DNA from: a virus
IMG/VR virus record: IMGVR_UViG_3300035698_023746
Location: 1-29,424 of that record
Direction: 5' to 3' (one strand)
Length of the DNA stretch: 29,424 nt
Shown here: piece after piece, positions 16,345-25,431 of the stretch
How the letters are laid out: each line of letters starts with the position of its first letter
Position numbering within the stretch: the stretch's first letter is position 1
Position numbers and translations under genes: made by a program
Notes under the pieces: model-generated
Seen by the model: only the letters and a program-made list of their open reading frames with translations
The model's database searches: none
What the model was told of the DNA's origin: nothing

Positions 16345-18180
16345 CTATTCTTTACATACGATTTCCCAATCTTCTTCTAATACCCTTTTCAAAGAACGCA
16401 TTTTTTTATCCGAGCATAAAAATTTATGATCTAAAGAACACTGTATTTTTCTTCCATCTTCAAACTCAACTTCTTGAAGCTCGGCTGAACTTTCATGTAT
16501 ATCAACAACTTCTACATAATGGTTTTTGTCTCTTTCTACATCGTAAGCCAAAACTTCATCCCCGCTCTTTATCTCAAACAAACATCTGTTCCCGCCTCTT
16601 GTTTCGACGATAGTATCTGGCATTAAACACTTATTAAACGAATAATACTTCGAATCATCGAGAATCTTCCAATAGACTCCAGCCAATTCTTCTGACAATC
16701 CTTTTTCTTTTGCGGCTGCGTAAACTTTCTCCCTCCATTCCGCCATCTCTTCGGTCTTTTTCTTTCCCACAACTCGACGCAACAACTCTGTTTCATCTAG
16801 TGATAAGCCAAAAACAAGATGCCCTATTTGCATCATTTGCTCTTGATAAAGAGGAACGTTCTGAGTGGAAGCTAAAATCCTATCTAGTTCAGGATGATTG
16901 GGTTTCACATACTTCGCGCCTGTTTTATAGTCTGCGTAATCTCCGATGTAAGCTAAAGCTCCTGGCCTTGCTAACGCCATCAAATCAGAAACTTCTGCCA
17001 AACAATTAGGCTTTACCTTTCTACATGCTTGGTATTGAGTCTCTGCTTCAATTTGAAAGATTCCATGCGGCGTTTTAAGCTCTTGTAGTGGTTCGTATAT
17101 CGCTGGATTGCTCAAGTCTACCTTCTCTATGTCAATTCCAACCTGCTTGCAAACATCACTGATCACAGAGATCGTCTTTAGCCCCAGCACATCAACCTTA
17201 ACGGTGAGTTCCTGCATGCTATACATGTCATAACCAGAGACCAACTCTGCTTCCTTCGTCTCTTTATTCTCGGTTATTTGGATCGGGCATATTTCGTCAA
17301 GGCTTCCATACGAGATAGCCATTGCAGAAGCGTGAACGCTGAAATTTCGTGGTAAGCCTTCCAACTTACAGGCAATATCAAAGAGGTCTTTGTTACTTGT
17401 CTTCCGACCTAGCCCACCTGTTGTTTTGTAAGGGTCTTCCGCCCACTTTCTCAATGATGGTGACTCTTCTATAGCATCCTTAAGCTTAGACAAAACACCA
17501 TGATGCTTTAAGATTAAATCTGCAAGCTCCCTTGCTGCCTCTTCATCATACTCTCCTGCAACCTTGACAACATCCTTCATCACAAGCTTTCCGCTCATGG
17601 TATTGACAGTTAAGATTTTTGCCGTCCTACCTGCGAACTTCTTGCTTATATAGTCGAGCACTTCGCGGCGACGATAATAACAAATATCAGAATCAACGTC
17701 TGGCAACAAGCCTCCATCAAAATAGGTTATGCCGTCTACGATTGTAGACTTGGCTCTAGGCTTACTAACAAACCTCTCAAAGAAAAGATTGTTCTCAATA
17801 GGGTCTATATTCGTAACCCCGATAAGATATAGAACTAAGGAGCCCGCAGCAGATCCACGTCCTGGACCTACTGGTATCTTACCTTCATGACAAAAGTTAA
17901 TGATGTCCCAAATCAGAAGAAGGTAATCAACAAACCCAAGCTCTTCAAGAATCTGTAGTTCGAACTTTCCACGCTCCACATACTCTTTGTTGTTCTTCAC
18001 ATCAAGCAGCTTGCGAGTCGCCATTCCTTTGAAACATAGCTCTTTTAAAAACTGTGGATTGCTAATATCGCTGCTTACGCCTAGCCTGTCATAGTATTTC
18101 TTCTCTATTTCAAACGCGGGTAAGCGGACGCCATGCATTCCCATGTCATCGTAGGGCTCGAACTGTTCTACAAACTTCAT
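16345..18180 (-). CDS. dnaE: DNA polymerase III alpha catalytic part (no PHP domain), followed by split intein IntN
   Basis: GRGSAAGSLV, LFFERF, PDVDSD and KVDVLGL catalytic Asps, GIFQIE, LARPG, YQEQMM. Extein ends YYSFNK. Confidence 0.96.
   Translation of the reverse strand: MKFVEQFEPYDDMGMHGVRLPAFEIEKKYYDRLGVSSDISNPQFLKELCFKGMATRKLLDVKNNKEYVERGKFELQILEELGFVDYLLLIWDIINFCHEGKIPVGPGRGSAAGSLVLYLIGVTNIDPIENNLFFERFVSKPRAKSTIVDGITYFDGGLLPDVDSDICYYRRREVLDYISKKFAGRTAKILTVNTMSGKLVMKDVVKVAGEYDEEAARELADLILKHHGVLSKLKDAIEESPSLRKWAEDPYKTTGGLGRKTSNKDLFDIACKLEGLPRNFSVHASAMAISYGSLDEICPIQITENKETKEAELVSGYDMYSMQELTVKVDVLGLKTISVISDVCKQVGIDIEKVDLSNPAIYEPLQELKTPHGIFQIEAETQYQACRKVKPNCLAEVSDLMALARPGALAYIGDYADYKTGAKYVKPNHPELDRILASTQNVPLYQEQMMQIGHLVFGLSLDETELLRRVVGKKKTEEMAEWREKVYAAAKEKGLSEELAGVYWKILDDSKYYSFNKCLMPDTIVETRGGNRCLFEIKSGDEVLAYDVERDKNHYVEVVDIHESSAELQEVEFEDGRKIQCSLDHKFLCSDKKMRSLKRVLEEDWEIVCKE
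16348..16629 (-). other. Split intein N-half (IntN, 94 aa)
   Basis: CLMPDTIVET (block A, Cys1)...EDGRKIQCSLDHKF (block B His)...VCKE*. Confidence 0.93.
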
Positions 18181-18500
18181 TTTCTATGGCCACTTTCTCT
18201 TTGAGCTTTTTTCAAGCGATTTCTCTCGCCCCTTCTTTCTGCTGTCCTTGGCTTCTTTACCCACCCATCAGCCTCTTTGAAAGCATGGGTTTTATTCCTA
18301 GCCTTATTAGACTTCTTACCCATCCTTGCCCAAGCCATTTTTCTTTTAATGGTAAGCATTTGTCCTGCGGTGACCCCCTGTCCCGCCACGACCCCCTGCT
18401 CTTCTAAACTTGTCTTTGTGGTCGCCTCTTTTATTTGATCTGGCATGGAAACTTTCATGTCCTCGCCCGCATTTTTCATTTTGCCTGCTTTCTCTTCCAT
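18177..18500 (-). CDS. Small hypothetical protein with a very basic C-terminal half
   Basis: 107-aa ORF overlapping the dnaE start by 4 nt, AAAGGA upstream. Start codon uncertain. Confidence 0.55.
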   Translation of the reverse strand: MEEKAGKMKNAGEDMKVSMPDQIKEATTKTSLEEQGVVAGQGVTAGQMLTIKRKMAWARMGKKSNKARNKTHAFKEADGWVKKPRTAERRGERNRLKKAQRESGHRK

Positions 18501-18572
18501 AGTCTTGTAACGTTCCTTTCTTGTCGATCATTCTCCTTATATCTTGTGAAGAGATGATGCGATACCTTATTT

Positions 18573-19433
18573 TTAAGTCCCTAGTGGAGTTTCCTCTAGT
18601 ATTCTTTTTTTTTCAGCCTCATCCTTGTTTCTTGCCCGAATCAGTATTGGGCGAATCTCCATCAGGATTTTACCAAGATGATTCTTCCCTTCCCCGCTAC
18701 AAACCCCCCAGAACCTGTCATGCCTGCTATTTGTCCCTTCTAAATGCTTGTCTTTTGTTAGAACTAATTTCTCTCTTAAGTATTTGTTGTTCTTAAACTT
18801 AGAGTAAACGATTGAATGCATCCATCGTAATTTCCTGTCATGAAAACCATCGTCTATTTCGACACCCTTCTGAGTCAGTTCCCTTACCATTTTCTTGACC
18901 CTTCTCCCAGAAACCCCTTCGAACTTGTGGACAATCTCAGGTCGTGATGCAAACTTTGTGGCTTGGTATGCGGCCTCAGATGATTGGAACTTATATTTTC
19001 CAAGCTTCATTTCACAGGGCCACATATTGGAAAGCCACCTACGGTTTCCTTGAAATCCGACATCACCTTTTAGGCAAATGTCTTTTGATGGAACTCCCGT
19101 GTAAATAATCTTAATGTGACGCTGCTTTGTTATTCCAAAGGATATTGCCTGCAATGTTCCCTTGCTCATGCAATCCCAGAAGGCCAAAAGCGCATCAGTT
19201 TGGGTGACGATCTCACAGTTTAATTTAAAACGAGTGTTCTTGCCGCTTTCGCCGCTCAGAACCTTAAAAGGAATGTCTTTTTCCGTAGCGTAGCGTGCAA
19301 CGAATACCTCTACGCCACTCTCGGCGTCGCCCGTTACAATGCTCTCGGGCTTTGGCAAGCTATCTAACAGTTTTTCAAAACTCTCGTAGTCTTTGTATTC
19401 TCTAGATCCTACGACTGCTAACTTATATAACAT
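18573..19433 (-). CDS. SLOG (DUF2493/YspA-like) - NADAR (YbiA/DUF1768) fusion
   Basis: N-half: LAVVGSRE, IVTGDA, LLAFWDCMSKGT. C-half: WLSNMWPC, SSEAAYQATKF, SKF, LREKL, HDRFWG, GKNHLGKILMEIR. Start ATG 19433 has an AAGGAG SD; the track starts at 19487. Confidence 0.88.
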   Translation of the reverse strand: MLYKLAVVGSREYKDYESFEKLLDSLPKPESIVTGDAESGVEVFVARYATEKDIPFKVLSGESGKNTRFKLNCEIVTQTDALLAFWDCMSKGTLQAISFGITKQRHIKIIYTGVPSKDICLKGDVGFQGNRRWLSNMWPCEMKLGKYKFQSSEAAYQATKFASRPEIVHKFEGVSGRRVKKMVRELTQKGVEIDDGFHDRKLRWMHSIVYSKFKNNKYLREKLVLTKDKHLEGTNSRHDRFWGVCSGEGKNHLGKILMEIRPILIRARNKDEAEKKRILEETPLGT

Positions 19434-20202
19434 TGTCCATCTCCTTTGTTGGGTAAAATTCAAATTTTCCGTCTTCAATAATTCCAAAATGCTTATTGAG
19501 AGTGTCTAGATTGTGGTTGAACGAATTATCCCCTATTTGTGTTTGTGGGTAATCAACAATGGTGTGTCCCACTATTTGGCTTACCCCTTTAATGGGTTTA
19601 AAACCTTCGTTCCAGTCTAGCCACAGAGGGCCACCGAAGGGGGGACCGAGGGGTTTCCCCTGCCTTGCCCATCCAATATCAAACAAGGGATGTTTCCCGC
19701 CGCACTTTCCAACGACAAGGCCCATCTCAGCAAAGCCCTTTAAGAAACCCTCTGAAACCCCTCTTACAGGATGGCACTTGCTTGGGTGAAACCCCGCGTG
19801 AGACAAGAGCCACCCTTCCACGATAGTAAAAACCTTTACCTTTTCCCGATCCTCCGACCCTAAGACATCCGATATCGCAAAGTGTTTTTCAGGCGTATGC
19901 CCCGCACAAGAGGTTACCTTGTTGTTCCCTAAGATGTAGGGCGCGTCATGATTGCCCATCAAGCAAATGCATTTGGGATGGTTCAAGGCTTTCTTGTATT
20001 CGATAGCTGTGGATCGTGCTGATTTAATAGCAGTGTCCGAGACCTCAAAGGAGAGCCTCCCATCTTCGTCCCTCTTGTAGTCACCCCAAGAGTCAAACCA
20101 GTCGCCAAGGAAGACAACGCGGTCCACCCTGTCAATGCGCTTCATTAATCGTCGCAAAGGCTTGAGTCTGTTGTGTATGTCTGACCATATTAAAGTTTTC
20201 AT
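19423..20202 (-). CDS. Calcineurin-like metallophosphoesterase
   Basis: SDIHN, LGDWFD, MGNHD, SHAG, VGHT motifs. Confidence 0.92.
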   Translation of the reverse strand: MKTLIWSDIHNRLKPLRRLMKRIDRVDRVVFLGDWFDSWGDYKRDEDGRLSFEVSDTAIKSARSTAIEYKKALNHPKCICLMGNHDAPYILGNNKVTSCAGHTPEKHFAISDVLGSEDREKVKVFTIVEGWLLSHAGFHPSKCHPVRGVSEGFLKGFAEMGLVVGKCGGKHPLFDIGWARQGKPLGPPFGGPLWLDWNEGFKPIKGVSQIVGHTIVDYPQTQIGDNSFNHNLDTLNKHFGIIEDGKFEFYPTKEMDNVI

Positions 20203-20885
20203 TAGAAAATTATACCATCGTCTTTAAGAAAGTCAACTGTAAGATCGACCTTCCAGAGAGATTTGCAAATTATATTGAAGTTAATCATGATATCATAGAG
20301 CGCATCATGAAGCTTCGATTCATCTGTCTTTACATCAAAGTAATCTGCCGCCGCTTTCAAAGTCGCGAACCCTCGCTTTCTTATGATGTTATGAATCCAT
20401 TTGAATTGATACGCGATAAAGTCTTCCCCCTGTCTATATGGGCGATCCATCTTAAGCCCTTTTAAAACAGCAAGGGTATCATACATTCTTCCTTCAAAGG
20501 ACAAGGGGGTAACCCCAGCCCTTAGACAAGCGTTCCTGTAAACGTCCCTATCAAAACCCATTATGTTGTGGCCACCAATAAGGTCAACCCCTAAAGCCTC
20601 ATCGTTGAACTCTTCGAGAACTTCTTTCGGGTCACGCGCCTCAGCTTTCCAGTCCTTGTGTCGGAAGCCTGTTATTCTTGCCGCATCTTTAGACATTTTT
20701 AAATCAGACCAAAAAAGCTTATAGTCGAAAGTTCTTAGTTTGTCTAGGTCTGGGAAATCTCCGAGCGTGCCAATCACATACCCCAACTGAAAGGGGTTCG
20801 TATCGAACAGGTTAAGGTCTTCCGTTTCAAAATCAAAGGCGAGGATTTTTAGATCCTTGTGATATCTTAAAAACTTTTGCTTCAT
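20202..20885 (-). CDS. dnaQ: DEDDh 3'-5' exonuclease (DnaQ/epsilon-like)
   Basis: FDFET, GHNIMGFD, LHDALYD. Likely start ATG 20885 (ATGA overlap with the PHP gene, GGAGG SD). Confidence 0.85.
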   Translation of the reverse strand: MKQKFLRYHKDLKILAFDFETEDLNLFDTNPFQLGYVIGTLGDFPDLDKLRTFDYKLFWSDLKMSKDAARITGFRHKDWKAEARDPKEVLEEFNDEALGVDLIGGHNIMGFDRDVYRNACLRAGVTPLSFEGRMYDTLAVLKGLKMDRPYRQGEDFIAYQFKWIHNIIRKRGFATLKAAADYFDVKTDESKLHDALYDIMINFNIICKSLWKVDLTVDFLKDDGIIF

Positions 20886-21733
20886 TTTTTTTCCCTCCAT
20901 GCTTCTACACAGAAATTATTACTTGAACAATGCTCCAACTCTGGCTTCCTTAGTGAAGAATGATTCTGGATGCATTTGTAAGTTTGCCACGCTTTGAAAT
21001 CTGCGCGGTTCTTATAGTAGATTGATTGCGCTTCGATCTTCTCATACTTGTCGTCAGGGTCAAAGCTTTTAATTCCATTCTGTATAACCCGATCTATTAT
21101 CACACCGTTGTTTTCGACAAAGAATACTGGCTTCACAAAATCAAACGATGGTATACAATTCATGAAGTAACACGCATTTTTATGCACAAAAGAATCGTAG
21201 AACGGAACAGCAAGAACCAAGTCGTCACTCCAAAATTGTTTCAGCGACTCAAAGTCCATTCTTGACTTCATCCCAAGCGCCCCTTTTTCATTGGCGAAAC
21301 TATAGATACGTAAAAGAGACTTATACCCATTAGCATTCCTTGCAAACAGTATGTATTTGCAAAATGTTTTTTTCGATTCGTCGCTCTTGTCTTTAAGGCT
21401 ATTACAGAATGTCATCCTTAAGCCAAACACATACTGCAAGTCCCCTGCATTCTTTCTCATGGTCAAAAAAGATACCATGTTGTCCTCTATAACAAAGAAA
21501 GGACTGATCTTTTCCTCGTTACAAATTTGAATAATGCTATCAGAGGGGTTTCCATACCACTCGTCAAACCCTAAGAGCCTCTCGTCAAAAGCCTCTTCTC
21601 TTCCTTCAGCGATAAGCTTCCTTTTCGTAAAGCTTTTTTCGTAAACCTGATGCTCTTTTTTAAAATCCCGATGCTCTTCAAACGTTAAGATTGATCGGAA
21701 AGAATACGATGATGTAAATAGTGGAATTACCAT
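20882..21733 (-). CDS. dnaE: Stand-alone PHP domain of DNA polymerase III alpha
   Basis: PLFTSSYSFRSIL start (degenerate HxHSxYS), VFGLR, ILFARNANGYKSLLRIYS. This is the part missing from the 16345-18180 DnaE. Confidence 0.8.
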   Translation of the reverse strand: MVIPLFTSSYSFRSILTFEEHRDFKKEHQVYEKSFTKRKLIAEGREEAFDERLLGFDEWYGNPSDSIIQICNEEKISPFFVIEDNMVSFLTMRKNAGDLQYVFGLRMTFCNSLKDKSDESKKTFCKYILFARNANGYKSLLRIYSFANEKGALGMKSRMDFESLKQFWSDDLVLAVPFYDSFVHKNACYFMNCIPSFDFVKPVFFVENNGVIIDRVIQNGIKSFDPDDKYEKIEAQSIYYKNRADFKAWQTYKCIQNHSSLRKPELEHCSSNNFCVEAWREKK

Positions 21734-21738
21734 TCCCG

Positions 21739-21767
21739 AATATACTCCTTTTGTTTTGGTTTGTCAA
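21739..21767 (-). promoter_or_regulatory. sigma70-like promoter, leaderless geometry
   Basis: TTGACA(21767-21762), 17 nt, TATATT(21744-21739), 5 nt, ATG 21733. Confidence 0.8.
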
Positions 21768-21774
21768 TAAAAAA

Positions 21775-22857
21775 TTAAGACAATGTTCTCCATTGCTTTT
21801 TGATTGCCCCTGATTCTGCATGCCAAGCTGGACACCCCCTGTAGTGCCGCTTCACAAGCCTTTCACCCTTACCTGTCTTTGGCTCTGGGAGCTTGCGAAC
21901 ATCTATATTTGAGACAATATTGTTCTCGTCTTCATCAATGATTGCCCAGTAATCGAACCCATCTTTGTAAGGACACTTCCAATGAGGCTCGCTTGTTTCC
22001 TCCTTTTTCTTTGTCTTGGTATCGTATCTTAACTTGAACCCATTCTTGCCGCAGATGAAAGGGCTTTTACCAAAGCGGGCGAAGTTTGCCATTGCATTCT
22101 TTTTACCAAAGTTTTCAAGATATTTATACAGGTGAGACAAGTAATACTCAAACCCATCTGAATAGCTCGTTGGAAATGGCATCGCTTCCACCCAAGGGGA
22201 ACGAGGAAACCTTAAGAACATGAACCTAAATCTAATTTTCTTTGCGTTCGGATATTCTCTTCTGCAAAAATAAGAATAGATCAGCGCTTGAATATTTCGC
22301 CCAATTGTTTTTGCGTTATGCTTCCTCTTGCTTGTCTTGTAATCGGTGATATCAACCTCTTCGCCATCCTTTCTTACAAAGATCTTATCAATAATTCCAG
22401 TGACAACAAAACGCTTGCCCCCGCTATCTATCTCAACCCTGCAATATTTCTCCGTGATTACTTTGCCTGCATCCCCATCAAGGAAATCATTGCGAAGCCC
22501 CATCATCAACATCTCTTCTATCATGTCACGATGAGAAACAAACGCAGTGTTGCGCATGTTTAAAACTTCTTGGTCTAAATCCAACCCTTTTGCAATCGCA
22601 AATTTCTCAAGATACCTTGCCACGACAGGGTGTTTCCAAGGAGACCCCTCATTCAAAACAAAGGTCAATTTATCAAGATGCTTTGGGTTGACAAGGTGCT
22701 CTAAAATCCCATGGCAAATAGACCCTCTTGAGCTTCCATGGTTGTCAAAGTTGGGGAGCTTTTTTTCATACTGGCAGTCATACATCCAGCTACATGTTTC
22801 GAGAGTATCAATTTTTGATGCACTCAGCCTTACTCTTTTCTTCGGTATACGCGTCAT
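21775..22857 (-). CDS. PD-(D/E)XK nuclease (RecB/AddB/Cas4-like)
   Basis: LSASKI...C, GSICHGILE, TGIIDKI...DYKTSK, QALIY, plus C-terminal Cys residues (possible Fe-S cluster). Confidence 0.88.
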   Translation of the reverse strand: MTRIPKKRVRLSASKIDTLETCSWMYDCQYEKKLPNFDNHGSSRGSICHGILEHLVNPKHLDKLTFVLNEGSPWKHPVVARYLEKFAIAKGLDLDQEVLNMRNTAFVSHRDMIEEMLMMGLRNDFLDGDAGKVITEKYCRVEIDSGGKRFVVTGIIDKIFVRKDGEEVDITDYKTSKRKHNAKTIGRNIQALIYSYFCRREYPNAKKIRFRFMFLRFPRSPWVEAMPFPTSYSDGFEYYLSHLYKYLENFGKKNAMANFARFGKSPFICGKNGFKLRYDTKTKKKEETSEPHWKCPYKDGFDYWAIIDEDENNIVSNIDVRKLPEPKTGKGERLVKRHYRGCPAWHAESGAIKKQWRTLS

Positions 22858-23956
22858 AAAGAATCTTTCCTAATTTTGTTTGCGCTTTTGTAATTTTCCC
22901 CTGAGTCTTAAGGGTGAGCAGGTATTTTAAAACATGCTCGTAAACCAAAAGCTGATTAACTTTTTCGACTCGTTTTTGCCACGCTCGGACATCGTCTATA
23001 GACGCTACGCCAAAGTCATTTGTTGCAGGCAGAACAATTTTAATTTTCTCTAAGTCCATAAAAGACATGCTTTTAACGAACATCTTTATTGCGGCCACCT
23101 TCCCTCGATTGATTTCGCTTTGCCTGTCATTGTTCGTTGCAATTATCAATTCATCGATGTCTTGTGCCATTATAAATGCTGACAACTTGGAAAACAGTGT
23201 GGTCCCAAAGGTAACAAGGACATTTCTTACGCCGCAGTCCCAAAGCCTCATCATATCTCCGATGCTTTCGACCAAGATTATTTGCCTTGTCTTCTTAATT
23301 GCCTCTATCACGGGAAAGGTTTTTGCCCGACCGTCTTTAGGGTCGCCGCTTTTGCTCTTGTAAGCAGGCATGTGAACAGGGTAAACCCAATTCCGCCTTC
23401 CACCTATGTGCTTCCACTTTATTCCATTCTGCTTCCACCTATCAGTCGTATCTCGCCCACTCCAACCATGAATCTGCCCACTTGAATTAAGAATTGGGAA
23501 GGTGTAACGCATCGACATCTCGTCAGAGTGACAATACCCACTTTTCAAAAACCTTAAGACATCTTCTGAGACCCCGCTGTTCGTATAGAACTTGTAGTGG
23601 GGGACAAGCTCGAACGCATTTTCTTCCTTCCATATCTTTTCCATAATAATTGGTGGCTTGTCATCTACTGGACCTTTTATTTCCTCAAGATTGACTTGGT
23701 ATTTCTCAAAAAAATTATCAAGGGCCACGCCTTTTACATTAAGCGTCAGTCCGAGAAGCTGCTCTAACGAACCTCCTATTGCCTCTGAGAAATCATAATA
23801 AAATCCATGTTGCTTGTGTATTTGTAGCGCAGTCTTGTGATCGCCGCCACGATAAACTGCGCTTGTTCTCCAATACTCCCCATAATCTATAAGATCTCTA
23901 TATCCTACGGACTCAAGAAGCGCCCTTAAATTTGGGATCTGTTCCTGAGGCTCCAT
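22808..23956 (-). CDS. dnaG: DNA primase (DnaG-like TOPRIM)
   Basis: RYTFPILN..G.IHGWSGR, KWKH, ILVESIGD TOPRIM motif, IATNND, NDFG. Coupled to dnaB (TAATG). Confidence 0.87.
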   Translation of the reverse strand: MEPQEQIPNLRALLESVGYRDLIDYGEYWRTSAVYRGGDHKTALQIHKQHGFYYDFSEAIGGSLEQLLGLTLNVKGVALDNFFEKYQVNLEEIKGPVDDKPPIIMEKIWKEENAFELVPHYKFYTNSGVSEDVLRFLKSGYCHSDEMSMRYTFPILNSSGQIHGWSGRDTTDRWKQNGIKWKHIGGRRNWVYPVHMPAYKSKSGDPKDGRAKTFPVIEAIKKTRQIILVESIGDMMRLWDCGVRNVLVTFGTTLFSKLSAFIMAQDIDELIIATNNDRQSEINRGKVAAIKMFVKSMSFMDLEKIKIVLPATNDFGVASIDDVRAWQKRVEKVNQLLVYEHVLKYLLTLKTQGKITKAQTKLGKILYDAYTEEKSKAECIKN

Positions 23957-25425
23957 TATCTTTCGAACGGGTCATCTGCTTCCTGCTTGGTAGCAACACT
24001 GCCTGCCAATTCATAGTCCTGAAACATTGTTCTTGCGTCTGAAATTTCTGTCGCGCCAAAATCCTCCACATCAAAATTCAAGAAGTCATTTACATACCTC
24101 CCCGTGTCTGGGTGCTTGACTCGATCATGATGACCAAAAGAGGAGCGTCCTTGCCAGCGAGATTCCACGGTTATCAGTTTGTGACTCCCATGATTCACAG
24201 GCTCTTCTGAAATTTCTTCTAAGGTCTTGCGGCGGAAAATTCCGACATACGAAGCGAACCAAAGTGCTCTGTCTGAAAGAGATATGGCAGTTGCGTCATC
24301 GGAGCGTGCGTCTTCCCCAGATCTATTAAGCTGCAAGGCAGTAAGGAGCGGCGCATTGATTTCTTTTCCGACCAATTCTTTCAGCGTGTTTACCTTGTCT
24401 CCGATTGCTTGGTATTCCCTGTAGTGGCCGCTGAGGCTTTCTCCTGTGAGTTTGATGTAATCATAAACAATAATACATGGATTTCCCCTGCCGACCTTTG
24501 TGTAGTACCATCTTTTGATCTTATTTACAACGTGATGAACAGGGCAATTGATAACATATTCATGATGAAGGCTAAACCTTGCTTTTTTATGCTGCTCATA
24601 AGCATCTAAAACACGCTTCGCCATCTCCTCGTTGCGGTTCCACTGTCCCGTTTTGATGTGCCAGTTTGAAACGTGAGAGATCATCGATAGAAGCCTGTCT
24701 CCAATTTCATCCTCCTGCATCTCAGTGTCTAAAATAAGGCATGGGATATTCCCCATTGTATTTGCCATGTGAAAAGCTGTCGAGTTTAAGAACGAAGTCT
24801 TTCCCTGCTTGGGACGAGAGCAAAACACATAAACATTTCCAGGTAAAAGACCTCCATACTTCTCATTGAACATTGGGTATGGGGTTGGAAAGCCTACCTC
24901 CTCTATTGGATTCTCACCTCTCTCAAAAGCCCTTTCAAACATTGTCTCAAACAGGTCGATGGAATCTCCAGTGTCATACCATGAGTTCATTTTTTGGTAA
25001 AACTCTCGGTCAACGTAAGCAACGATGTCGTCGTATTCCATGTTCGCCGCATCGCCGACCATCTTTCGCTTTATCTGATCGCAGACCTCCGAACACTCGC
25101 GTCTCTTTGTGACCGACTTCAAGTCTTTGATGGCTTGCATTGTGGTTTTTGCTGAGGTTTGGACTAAGGCCAAGCCTGTTACGTAGTCAGGAGGGTCTAT
25201 ATTATCCCTAAAGCTCATTCCTGTGTTGCGCAAACGCTCAGTTAGCAACCCTTGGTCTATCGCTTCGCTTTTGTTATAAGCGCTCGATACCAGCAAAAAA
25301 ATCACCTTATTAATGTCATAGGCAAAGTCTGCCTCTTCCAAGAATGGCGCAACTTCTGGCCATACTTCTTGGTGTCGTATTAGACCTCCCAATACATGTT
25401 TTTCTAAAGAATTGCTAACAATCAT
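23956..25425 (-). CDS. dnaB: Replicative helicase DnaB
   Basis: SRPKQGKT (Walker A), DTEM, VYDYIK, LQLNRSG. Likely start ATG 25425, because the track start at 25440 lies inside the promoter spacer/-10. Confidence 0.95.
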   Translation of the reverse strand: MIVSNSLEKHVLGGLIRHQEVWPEVAPFLEEADFAYDINKVIFLLVSSAYNKSEAIDQGLLTERLRNTGMSFRDNIDPPDYVTGLALVQTSAKTTMQAIKDLKSVTKRRECSEVCDQIKRKMVGDAANMEYDDIVAYVDREFYQKMNSWYDTGDSIDLFETMFERAFERGENPIEEVGFPTPYPMFNEKYGGLLPGNVYVFCSRPKQGKTSFLNSTAFHMANTMGNIPCLILDTEMQEDEIGDRLLSMISHVSNWHIKTGQWNRNEEMAKRVLDAYEQHKKARFSLHHEYVINCPVHHVVNKIKRWYYTKVGRGNPCIIVYDYIKLTGESLSGHYREYQAIGDKVNTLKELVGKEINAPLLTALQLNRSGEDARSDDATAISLSDRALWFASYVGIFRRKTLEEISEEPVNHGSHKLITVESRWQGRSSFGHHDRVKHPDTGRYVNDFLNFDVEDFGATEISDARTMFQDYELAGSVATKQEADDPFER

Positions 25426-25431
25426 GTTAGC

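Noticed and set aside
18346-18531. Alternative 61-aa ORF overlapping the 107-aa ORF
   Set aside because: Its AAGGAG is only 1 nt from the ATG, and the 107-aa frame couples neatly to dnaE. Not fully excluded.
21775-22857. Cas4 / CRISPR adaptation
   Set aside because: No cas1/cas2 or array; the context (primase, helicase, RecA) fits a recombination exonuclease.
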